A DNA stretch of 64,000 nt from Meyerozyma guilliermondii (Eukaryota): the NCBI GenBank assembly GCA_051546255.1, contig CP128815.1:372001-436000 (forward strand), written 5' to 3'. Position numbers and translations under genes: made by a program. The notes under the pieces are model-generated. The model saw only the letters and a program-made list of their open reading frames with translations. It made no database searches and was not told the origin of the DNA. Shown here piece by piece: positions 43,183-52,837 of this stretch (positions within the stretch are counted from its first letter, which is position 1; the number at the start of each line of letters is the position of its first letter).

Positions 43183-44787
43183 CTACTCAAACTTGATCTT
43201 CTTCGCCGTCTTGGTCATGTCGACGTCTTTGAAGAATGCACCGTAAGCCAGATGGCTTTTTTTCTTGGTGTGACCGCCAAACTTGAGCAACTCATCGGGC
43301 ACTGGCTGACCTGCTCCTCGCAAAACATTCATCAATGCTCCACTCAAGTGTTTTTCGTGCTCGGTGAAAAGGGTGTGTGCAATACCTGTCTGGCCCGCGC
43401 GCCCAGTACGGCCGATACGATGCACATAGTCCTCCACGGTAAGTGGGAAAGTCAAATTTATCACCACTTTGACATTGGGAATATCCAAGCCTCTGGCAGC
43501 AACGTCGGTGGCCAAGAGAAGATTCGAGTCGCCACGCTTGAACGAATCAAGTGCAGAAGTTCTTTGCTGCTGCAGCAAGTCGCCGTGGATGGCTGCAACA
43601 TTGAACCCGGAACGACGCAACATGGCTTCCACTCTGGTGGCTTCTTTTTTGTACAAGGCAAAAACCAAGATTTTTTGGTCCGAGCCATATTGCCTCAACA
43701 ACTGGAGCAATCGGCGCTCTTTATCACGAGGATCCATCACCTCCACTGTCTGGGTAATCCGCTTATTTGCAGCCAATTCGTCCCGGTTTCCAATCGACAC
43801 CTTGACGGCTTTGTTCATGAATGTTGCCGCGAGCTCACGAACTTCTTTGGGCCAGGTGGCTGTGAACATGAGTGTCTGTCTTTGCTTGTTGGTGCATCCA
43901 ATGATGTTTTTGATATCTTCTTCAAAACCCTTTTCCAACATTCTGTCGGCTTCATCAAGTACAAGATAGTCAATTGTGCTCAAATCCACCGCCCCGTCGT
44001 TGAGAAGATCCACCAATCTTCCGGGTGTTGCAACTACAACACTGGCAGTCTTCACCGCCTTGATCTGCTGGTCTTTGGGCACTCCTCCATAGATAGCCAC
44101 ACAAGTGAGTCCACAGTTCTTGGTGAGCATGGTCAAGTTGTCGTAAATTTGAAGCGCAAGTTCACGGGTAGGAGAGATACATAAAACCCGAAGGCCCTTC
44201 TTGTTGTCGGTGATGATGTTGTTGATGGCAGGCACTCCAAATGCAAAGGTTTTTCCCGACCCGGTCTCGGCAACTCCGACTACATCATCACCATTGAGAA
44301 GATACGGCCAAGAAGCAGATTGAATAGGAGTTGGTTTGGGAAACTTCGTCACTATAGGTGCTATCTTCAGCTGGAGCTGGACATGGTCGAACGAAAGAAT
44401 TGGTCTAAACCCAAGTTTGTGAGGATCTTCAACGGTAACCTCGTTGGTCTGGAGAAACTCATCGATTTCGCTCTGAGGAAGCGCAGTCAATTCCGCGGCC
44501 TGGGTATATCCTGAAGAAGAGGACGACACGGTAGAAACGGTAGAGTCAGTCTCTTCAGTCTCTTCAGTCTTTTCCTTCTTCGCCTTCTTCTCCTTCTTCT
44601 CCTTCTTCTCGTTCTTCTCCTTCTTTTCTTTCTTTTCTTTCTTTTCTTTCTTTTCTTTCTTTTCTTTCTTTTCTTTCTTTTCTTTCTTCTCCTTCTTTTC
44701 CTTCTTCTCCTTTCCCTTCACCTCATTGTCGTGCTTGGGCTTCTTCACCTCCACATCGCCAGATTCGTGCTTTCTTTTGGAACCCAT
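43183..44787 (-). CDS. DBP3: DEAD-box rRNA helicase Dbp3
   Basis: KKE repeats, [23 protein letters not shown]-terminal [22 protein letters not shown] at 44787. Confidence 0.95.
   Translation of the reverse strand: MGSKRKHESGDVEVKKPKHDNEVKGKEKKEKKEKKEKKEKKEKKEKKEKKEKKEKKEKNEKKEKKEKKAKKEKTEETEETDSTVSTVSSSSSGYTQAAELTALPQSEIDEFLQTNEVTVEDPHKLGFRPILSFDHVQLQLKIAPIVTKFPKPTPIQSASWPYLLNGDDVVGVAETGSGKTFAFGVPAINNIITDNKKGLRVLCISPTRELALQIYDNLTMLTKNCGLTCVAIYGGVPKDQQIKAVKTASVVVATPGRLVDLLNDGAVDLSTIDYLVLDEADRMLEKGFEEDIKNIIGCTNKQRQTLMFTATWPKEVRELAATFMNKAVKVSIGNRDELAANKRITQTVEVMDPRDKERRLLQLLRQYGSDQKILVFALYKKEATRVEAMLRRSGFNVAAIHGDLLQQQRTSALDSFKRGDSNLLLATDVAARGLDIPNVKVVINLTFPLTVEDYVHRIGRTGRAGQTGIAHTLFTEHEKHLSGALMNVLRGAGQPVPDELLKFGGHTKKKSHLAYGAFFKDVDMTKTAKKIKFE
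44571..44712 (-). repeat. Coding 9-nt tandem repeat (KKE)n in DBP3
   Basis: AAGAAAGAA/AAGAAGGAG units in tandem. Confidence 0.9.
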
Positions 44788-44797
44788 GCTACACAAT

Positions 44798-44813
44798 AAA
44801 TTTTCAGCTCATC
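44798..44813 (-). promoter_or_regulatory. RRPE and PAC ribosome-biogenesis motifs upstream of DBP3
   Basis: AAATTTTCA (RRPE) immediately followed by GCTCATC (PAC, reverse GATGAG). Confidence 0.6.
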
Positions 44814-45192
44814 TCATTTGCAGCGATGTGCAGTAGGGGCGCCGCACTGGCCGCGGCAGACAACCTATCAGCTCGACATAAGGCTTATGGTCAATTCCAT
44901 TGCCAATCACTTCTGAGGTCTTGAAAATCTCCTGAAACACAAGGTGCAACACCGAATGGCAGCTGAAACTGATTCCGCGGCGATAAGCTTCATTTTGAAC
45001 TATTTTGGCAAAAGTGCCTTGGCTGCGAAACATTGTCGATGCTCAAATAGGCAATTTTTTCACCTTGACGCTTGCATTTGACATGCACTGAACCTTCAGC
45101 ACGAACCATCCAGTGTGTGTCTATACGTCACGAAGGGTATAAAAGAGCAGCTACCCTCCTCTAAAATCATTATCAAACAAACAACAACTACA

Positions 45193-45309
45193 ATGGCCGC
45201 TCAAACTACTTCCACTTCCGCTTCCACTCAAGCCGAGACCAGAGACAACAGAAAGGTTGTCAAGCATGTTAGAAGAGGGTACCCAGCTCACTACTGTGTT
45301 ATTGCTTAA
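45193..45309 (+). CDS. MFA1: a-factor mating pheromone precursor (38 aa, CAAX)
   Basis: MAAQTTSTSASTQAETRDNRKVVKHVRRGYPAHYCVIA; C-terminal CVIA, DN processing site, A/C-rich leader, TATAAAA at 45138. Confidence 0.85.
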   Translation: MAAQTTSTSASTQAETRDNRKVVKHVRRGYPAHYCVIA

Positions 45310-46020
45310 CTAAAAGTCGATGTGATTGAATTTTAAAAAATATATAAAAACAAAAAAAAATATTTCTATTTAGTCAATAAAACTAAAAAGACACAGTGTA
45401 GCGATAGGACAAGAGAGATTGAAAAGAATTAAAGTGTATAAAATCGAGTTCCGAGATCTGAGGAAAGCTTTCAAATCAATTCTACAAATCGAAACACTAT
45501 AAGAACAGATAGGTGATTATTAGAAGTACGAGAATATGTCAAAAAGAAGATTTTCAGTTCCGGTCCACATTTGGCCATTTGGTTCACTTTGCCCATTTCT
45601 GGCCACTCGGTCACTCGGTCACATCCGGTCAGTTTGGTCCACTCAAGATCCGGTCGCATCCGAGGGACCCCTCATGCACTCCACATTATGTCGCGTTCGA
45701 GCACGCGCAACCGATCAAAAACGGTGACCTCAAAACGTGGAGGTGGGTCACCGCAACGTGGTCAGCATCATGACCACAACCAAATTTGGCATTGATGCGC
45801 AACAATGCATTGTGATCGAAACCTGACTCTTTCGAGCAAAAGGTGTCTCATTGGCAAGGGTCGGATTGGTGGATGCGTCATTTGGTACCATAGTAGTTCT
45901 CTCGTAGCTAAAGTGGAATCACCGAGAATTCTCGTGTTCTCAAACTCTCAAATTCTCGAATTCTCTCATAGACACAATCTCCAGTGCTTGCTCCTACGTG
46001 GTCATCATCGATTTACTATG

Positions 46021-46437
46021 CTACTTTCTCCGTTTCTTGTGCTTGTTCTTGTTTCTGTACGCAGCGTCAGACTTGAGTTTCTCGGCAAAAACCACAGATT
46101 GGCCCAAATCAGCATCCTCGTGTTGGGAACGCGCCTTTTTGTTACCCTTTGGAGACTTGGTCCCCGTTCTTACCTCGGGCAATCCCACATTTGATCCCGG
46201 GCATTCGACTCCCATTTGCGCCGCCTCAGCATACAGAAGCTGGCGGCAACTAATATCAACAAAAGCATCCTCCAGGTCGTTCATCGACACGTTCAAAAGC
46301 TTCACGCCCGCCCCGTCCAGCTTCTGAACAGGCATGGTGAAACTGGTGGGCACATCTTCCGCCCTCAATGGCTTATCATTGCCGGAATCTTTACGCTTGA
46401 ACCAAGGCACCACAAATGATGGAAACGACTTGTACAT
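46021..46437 (-). CDS. Hypothetical protein (~138 aa), basic C-terminus
   Basis: Open frame from ATG 46437 in an otherwise gene-free interval; no recognised family. Confidence 0.35.
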   Translation of the reverse strand: MYKSFPSFVVPWFKRKDSGNDKPLRAEDVPTSFTMPVQKLDGAGVKLLNVSMNDLEDAFVDISCRQLLYAEAAQMGVECPGSNVGLPEVRTGTKSPKGNKKARSQHEDADLGQSVVFAEKLKSDAAYRNKNKHKKRRK

Positions 46438-46723
46438 TAGTGCGGATGCAACTAGTGGAATAGGTTGAGAAAAAATGTCGAAAACGACGCCCAACCTTGT
46501 TGTAAGAAATAAACAACGGTATTAAAGAAGAACAACAACCTTATCGGTGCCACAAAAGCGTGGGCTGCGGGTGGAGCATGCAGGGAAACGTGTGCTGGCG
46601 CGATAAGGAAACGACTGTGAGCAACGCTTATGTAAGCGATAAGAAAACTCCCGCTTACGTAACCAACTACGCCTTTTTATGTAACACCACCAAAGTTCGC
46701 GATTCATCAACATCACCTCTACA

Positions 46724-49700
46724 ATGGAGGGGTGGGAAGAAGTAAGTATTCTCGCAGCCATTGTGGCTCAAAACTAACGCCAGCTATACCTGTTTCCGGC
46801 CTCGAAGGACCCGGTGACTTCCCTCCTCTTTGATAGTGTTCATAACCTTTTATGGTGTGGTGACTCTCTGGGTCTGGCTCGTTCATTTACACCCAACGCA
46901 GGTTATCCTTTCCAACTTTATCCTTATACGAAATTCCCTGCCACTACGCTGCCACTTCCGGTCGTGCAGCAGCGCAACCATCTGCGTGGCATACTTTCGC
47001 TTCTGCAAAATTGTGTCAATCTCAATTCTCGTCGTGGACTTTCTCAGGCCACTTTTACGGCGGCTTCGGTGACGGATTCGGCCAATGTTTTGCGTAATTT
47101 GTCATGTATGACGACTCTAGGGACCGGCAACGACATAATTGTGGGAGGAACTCACTCACTTGGTAGCCTAGATATGCAAAAATGTGTTGCAACTGGTTTT
47201 GACCACAGTGGAAATTTATCGTTTGTGGACTCTGTGGCCAAGACTTTGGTGTTGGGAACCACAGATGGGACTGTGGAGCTCTTTGATACCGCCAGCAACT
47301 CCAGCGTAAAATCTTTTCCTGCTCATTCTGGCTTGTTAAGCGATATGGCGGTGCAGGGAAACTACATAGCAACATGCGGTTATTCGGCCCGCCGACGATA
47401 CGACCACAAGAATTCTTCGGCCGCAGGCGGCACCTCGTACATCACAGATCCGCTCGTGCATCTTATCGATACTCGCATGATGAAATCGCTTTCACCCATT
47501 CCTTTTCCCAATGGGGCCTCGTTCGTCCGCTTCCATCCTAAGCTCCCCAATATAGTCATAGTGGCCTCCAGCACCGGCGTGCTTGAGTTTGTCGATATAT
47601 TTGACCAGCTGAAATTGAATGTGTATCAAGTGAACATGTCGCCGGCATCGCCAGGAATCTCGCGAATGGAAATTAGCGACAATGGAGAATATATTTGCTG
47701 CAGCGAGGGCCGTCTGCTTCATCTTTGGTCGTTTACCAGCGATACCAACTTTGTCAACTTTCCTGCACCGCTCGAAGAGCAAGATATACCAGCACCACTT
47801 CCGCCGCCTTTTGAGGTCGACGATCCCGTCCCTTTGTCTTCGGTAGGAATGCCCTACTACAAGGACTACCTCCTCTCCAACTATGCCACAGACATGGTCT
47901 TCACCAAGGAGCTTCTGAAGGTTCCTGCTGAAGTGGACACTAGCCTCGGTCATGGTGCATTTGTACCATACGACAGAACTGCGCACGGACCACGAAACAT
48001 TTCGCAGCCATACCAATCTCTACGGGAGCCCCCAGGAAGCAACAGCAACGCTCCCAGATTCATCAGTGAACGGGACGGCGAGTCTAACGAAAATATGATC
48101 CACGCTGAAAATTCCATCTTCCATCTCAAATCCCCCACCTCGGTGCCACATTGCTACTCACGGCTCCAGATCCAGTACTCCAAGTTCGGGGTGGATGACT
48201 TTGATTTTGACTACTACAACAAGTCGAACGGAGCATGTAGTGGGCTTGAAAACCACCTCGACAACTCGTACACCAATGCACTTTTGCAATTGTACCGTGC
48301 TGCTCCGGCATTTTACAATTCTGTGGTGGAGTCCTTGCTTCCCGAATACTTGCCCAATGGACCCGAAATCATCCTGTGGAACCCCCAGGGCCTGTCTTTG
48401 CTCATAGAATTAGGCTATCTTTTTGACATGATGCACAAAGCCGAGGGCCGCAATGTCAAAATCGCCAATTTTTCCCAGCTATTAACCCAAAGTGCAAGTG
48501 CTGCTTCCGCTGGAGTCATCAATACCGACGAAGAGAAAAGTCTTAATGCCGATGGTCTTCGGGAAATCATTATTCGATTCAACCATTACCTCTTATCTGA
48601 GCTCACCAGCAACCAACGAGAGAGACGCCATACAAATTCGGAAAAAATCGAAGATATCATGGGTATCAAACTCGAAATGCAAATCAAGAGCCAGTGCACT
48701 GAAACGGAAACACATACGGGATCGCAATTGATTTTTGATTTGACCAGTCCTCCCGAACAGTACTTGAACAAACTAGCAATGCTTCGTCGAGCGGAAAAAA
48801 CCGAGATCACCATATTATCTTATATGGACTATTTCATGGACCAGTACAAACTGGCGTCGTGCAGAGAATGTGAAGCACGAGGAAGACCCCATGCTGTCAA
48901 TGCCAGACAGCGGGTTGTTCGTTTACCAAAAGTATTGCTGATCAACTTGAGTATGACCAATTTTGAGCTCCAACAGATCCACAATTGTCGCGGATGGCTC
49001 GTTCCTGAGTTTCATATCGGCGAAGATGAGAGGTTTGTCGACGCTGGAAGGGGTCGCAAGTACGAACTTTTGGGATACGTTTGTGAAATAAGTCATGGTC
49101 CGGGTGTAAAGCGCGGAGCCCACAATCTTGTCTCGTTTGTCAAAATTAAAGGCCAATGGTATCTTTTCAATGACTTCTTGGTCATGCCCATTGCACAAGA
49201 AGAAGCACTCAATCTTTCATACTCGTGGAAAAAACCCGTGATTATAGTTTACAGCGAACCAGGCCAGGATTTTCTGTACTTTGAAACCTCAACTTTCAAA
49301 AAGATTCAGGACCTCGACACCTCCATCATATACAGAGACCACTTTGTACGAGCCGCCAGAGAGGGCCATCGCCAAGAGTACAAGCTCCTTACGAAACAAG
49401 AGGCACCCGAAATTGGAACCCTAATTGCTATCGATGCGGAATTCGTAGTTTCGGAACCTGAGCAGTTGGAGATACGATACACTGGTACACGGAAGCTTAT
49501 CAAACCCAAAAAGTTGACGTTGGCTCGAGTGTCGGTGCTTCGAGGGAACGGACCAAATATAGGTGTCCCATTTATCGACGACTATATTGTATGGACCGGC
49601 CACATTGAAGACTATCTAACCAGCTTTTCTGGCATAGAACCTGGCGATCTTGATCCTGAAGTGTCTAAGAAAGCATTAGTGACGCTTCAAACCGTTTACC

Positions 49701-50041
49701 GCAAATTATGGTTGCTTCTCAATATGGGATGTGTCTTTGTGGGCCACGGTTTACAGAACGACTTCAGATGCATCAACTTGGTTGTCCCCAAGACTCAAGT
49801 CCGTGATACGGCCGATCTCTTTTATCTTCCCGAGTTTAAGAGGAAGCTTAGTTTGAAGTTTTTGGCGTACGTTTTGCTCAAGGAAAAAGTGCAAACCGGT
49901 AACCACGATTCGGTGGAAGATGCATATACGGCGTTGATGTTGTTTCAAAAGCACGAGGAGTTGACCCGCACGGGAGATTTGGAGACCGTACTCTACCAGG
50001 TATACATGGAGGGACAACAACGAAGGTTCCGAGCTCCATAG
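46724..50041 (+). CDS. PAN2: Poly(A) ribonuclease subunit Pan2, two exons: 46724-46741 and 46784-50041
   Basis: WD40-like N-terminus, QYSKFGVDDFDF, pseudo-UCH, DEDD exonuclease (IAIDAEFV, VGHGLQNDF, NHDSVEDA); spliced start MEGWEE-LY... Confidence 0.95.
46742..46783 (+). other. 42-nt spliceosomal intron in PAN2
   Basis: GTAAGT donor, ACTAAC branch at 46773, CAG acceptor; in-frame TAA inside the intron. Confidence 0.85.
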
Positions 50042-50287
50042 ACCATAGACTCCGTAGGAGTCCGTAGGACTCCGGAGGAGAATATTGAGAAATTGTACTA
50101 TTACGTATATTGCAAGTAGGCAAGAATACACGGCAAAATTACAGAAAGAAAAGAAACTGGTACAAGTAACAAGTAATACTTCTACTAATGATAGCAGTAC
50201 TCTTGGCTGCAAATTAGGCGAAACCGTCTACTATATGTAGTACACACATCAACACCTTCGTTTGCACCGCAGAGTACTCCGCTTAAC

Positions 50288-52318
50288 ATGTCACCTTCGG
50301 AGACATATACAGGTCCCCCGGAAGGTCTGAAAGCGCGCAAAAAGCACAATATGGCTCACACGACGCACCAGAAGAAGGCTGGATCCAGAGTTAGACCCAT
50401 GGTCCGCTCTTCGTCCCACAACAAACTCACCCGACTTTCCACCTCTTCTTCCGGTCCCACTATTGTACTCAGGCCGAATCTAAACCGGTCCAAATCCACA
50501 GACAGTGTCAACCGGCCGCTGTCTCGTCTGAATCTCACCCGAAATAACCGTCTGATGGGATTATTGACGGGATTGCAGCCGTTAACGAAGACGACACTGG
50601 GACCACTGCTCACCACAAATCGGTCCAGCGGTTCTCTTAAAGGTATGGCGCCAGCCTCAGGGGGTATACGTACCAGTACACGCAAGGGTAGGGCTATCTT
50701 GAGGCTAAATGAGGATAACGAAGACTACGAAGATATCAATACGGAAAACGCAGATGGTGAAGATGAAGATAAGAGTAATGAGATTTCTGAAATAAATGGC
50801 CCTCAGGGCAATGACAATGAAGCACGCCAGCATAAGTCTCAAGAGGATGGCCAGGATTCGAGATCTGGGTCACAAATAAGTATACTGGTTGAGCCCCGGT
50901 CTCAGTCAGATGTGAGTGTTCCTTCTGAACCACCGACCGAATCTCAATCTGAGCTTGATGTTGAGTCCAGAAAATCGCAGGAACAATCTCAAGAAGAATT
51001 CAATAAATCAGAAGTGTTGCAGAATAAAGATGTGAATAGTGTCCTGGTTGGTCAAGCTGATGCCCCGGCTGATGCTCAGGCTGATGCTCAGGCTAATGCT
51101 CAGGCTTCTGACTTTATCAAGCAAAACTATGCCACAGCTACTGGTGAACGTTCAGCATTAGGCGAAAAACAGAACAATGACTCCAAAAGTGCTCAAACGA
51201 ACCAGGAGTCCCGGAATGTTCTGGAGCTTGATCGTCCCACTTCGGGTGCCCTGGCTAGCTCTGAGGACTTTCGTTCTGAGTCTGCCGCTCCCTTGGGTGG
51301 AAGTGTGTCCTCTAACCTCTATGGGGGTTCACTCTTGCTCTCCCAACTGACGGGACTTACCAAAAAAGTGGACCATGCTCATCCGTATACCGCCGTAGCG
51401 CCCACTTCGCTGGAGAATATGAGCGGTATTTCCTTCAAAGCGAATCCTATCGAGTCCACAAACTACCACAACCTTGCCGAGCCAGTCGTCAGCGGAAAAA
51501 ATGCAGTTACACCCAGCTCGTATCAACCGGAACAGACCATCTACTCCAATTTGCAGCGCACAAACTCGCAATATAATGCACCTCGCAAACAAAATATGAG
51601 CTTGCAAAACTACCTAACGTCCAACAATCAAAGCGACCATGCCCATAATATCGAGACCCGTACACAGCAGCGATTATGGCTTCAGCGAGAAAATTCACTT
51701 ATGGATGTCGCCGAGAACCACAACTTTTCGTCGCTATCTCTCAACAAGCTCATGTTTTCTCACAACTACAGTCTGGGAAACATCAAAGATCTCGACAACG
51801 GAGCGGCTTCGGTCAATTCCAATACGCCAAACCAGCAGCAATCTAACGGAGTACCAAGTGATCCTGGAGCAGCTTCATCCAGCAGTATTAGTGGTCTTTT
51901 GAGGATGCTACAATCGGGACACAACTCGATTCAGTCCCGGACCGAGTTCGAGAGGCTCAATAGAGAATATCTCAACGTTCGGCGCCATTTGAATCCTGTT
52001 GGTGAAAGCTTATCTCGCTTGGGAAAACTCAAAGACGAAGTGGAGATGCCCAAAAAGCGTCAAACCAAAACCAATGCAAATGGAAATGCCAATAGTTTCC
52101 GAGAATTCTCTCCTCAAACCGCTGAGCAAGAACACGAAGTCTCATCGCAAATAAATCGCATCTGGCAGCAGGCTTTGCTTCTGTCTCTGGCATCTTCTTC
52201 AAGTGTTTCAACTGCTCCTAAACAGCAAAGACCCACCAACCAAAGAGCGTCGGTCAATATGCGCTCTCCACAAACACCCACCACGCGAGCGGTCAAGTTG
52301 AAGCAGAGAGCGAGTTGA
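50288..52318 (+). CDS. TCO89: TORC1 subunit Tco89-like disordered protein
   Basis: ETRTQQRLWLQRE and EFERLNREYLNVRRHLNPV motifs in Ser/Asn-rich sequence. Confidence 0.7.
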   Translation: MSPSETYTGPPEGLKARKKHNMAHTTHQKKAGSRVRPMVRSSSHNKLTRLSTSSSGPTIVLRPNLNRSKSTDSVNRPLSRLNLTRNNRLMGLLTGLQPLTKTTLGPLLTTNRSSGSLKGMAPASGGIRTSTRKGRAILRLNEDNEDYEDINTENADGEDEDKSNEISEINGPQGNDNEARQHKSQEDGQDSRSGSQISILVEPRSQSDVSVPSEPPTESQSELDVESRKSQEQSQEEFNKSEVLQNKDVNSVLVGQADAPADAQADAQANAQASDFIKQNYATATGERSALGEKQNNDSKSAQTNQESRNVLELDRPTSGALASSEDFRSESAAPLGGSVSSNLYGGSLLLSQLTGLTKKVDHAHPYTAVAPTSLENMSGISFKANPIESTNYHNLAEPVVSGKNAVTPSSYQPEQTIYSNLQRTNSQYNAPRKQNMSLQNYLTSNNQSDHAHNIETRTQQRLWLQRENSLMDVAENHNFSSLSLNKLMFSHNYSLGNIKDLDNGAASVNSNTPNQQQSNGVPSDPGAASSSSISGLLRMLQSGHNSIQSRTEFERLNREYLNVRRHLNPVGESLSRLGKLKDEVEMPKKRQTKTNANGNANSFREFSPQTAEQEHEVSSQINRIWQQALLLSLASSSSVSTAPKQQRPTNQRASVNMRSPQTPTTRAVKLKQRAS

Positions 52319-52437
52319 CGAAGAAAATTGAGCTGACATTTGAGTGAAAAATTATTCTCCAAAGTTTCAAAACTACACCAAAAGCTGATTAAAAGCTAAT
52401 TAAAAGCTTCATTATGTACATTTATAGCATATTTACA

Positions 52438-52710
52438 TTATCCCTGTCTCTGCTTGTGCTTACCGTTCGACTTGCAGTAAACATAAACTCGGCCCTTTCT
52501 GCGAACCATATAGCAGTCCTTGCAAAACTTTTTGACCGAAGTTCGAACTTTAAACCCTCGGAATGGCATCACCATCGAGGCCAATCCCGACCCACTTCCG
52601 ACCATCATGCGCGGAAGCGTGGCCAACATGGTTTGCATCCGTGGCTGCATATGCGCCATCGGCCTCGCGGCCCTATAAAGCACCGCCGATCCCCGAACCA
52701 AAGAAAGCAT
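52438..52710 (-). CDS. RTC6: Mitochondrial ribosomal protein bL36m
   Basis: [38 protein letters not shown] with Arg-rich presequence; ATG at 52710. Confidence 0.93.
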   Translation of the reverse strand: MLSLVRGSAVLYRAARPMAHMQPRMQTMLATLPRMMVGSGSGLASMVMPFRGFKVRTSVKKFCKDCYMVRRKGRVYVYCKSNGKHKQRQG

Positions 52711-52837
52711 AATGGAGGTTTTGCAAAAATCTACGATATAGGCACCCACACACCACAAGCACTAAAACTCCTTGGAATTTCACACCCACACACCAGCACC
52801 CTAATTGACACGAAAAACAATCTCAACCACCGTCGTC

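Noticed and set aside
43252..44184. 310-aa plus-strand ORF
   Set aside because: Antisense shadow of DBP3 with no recognisable motifs.
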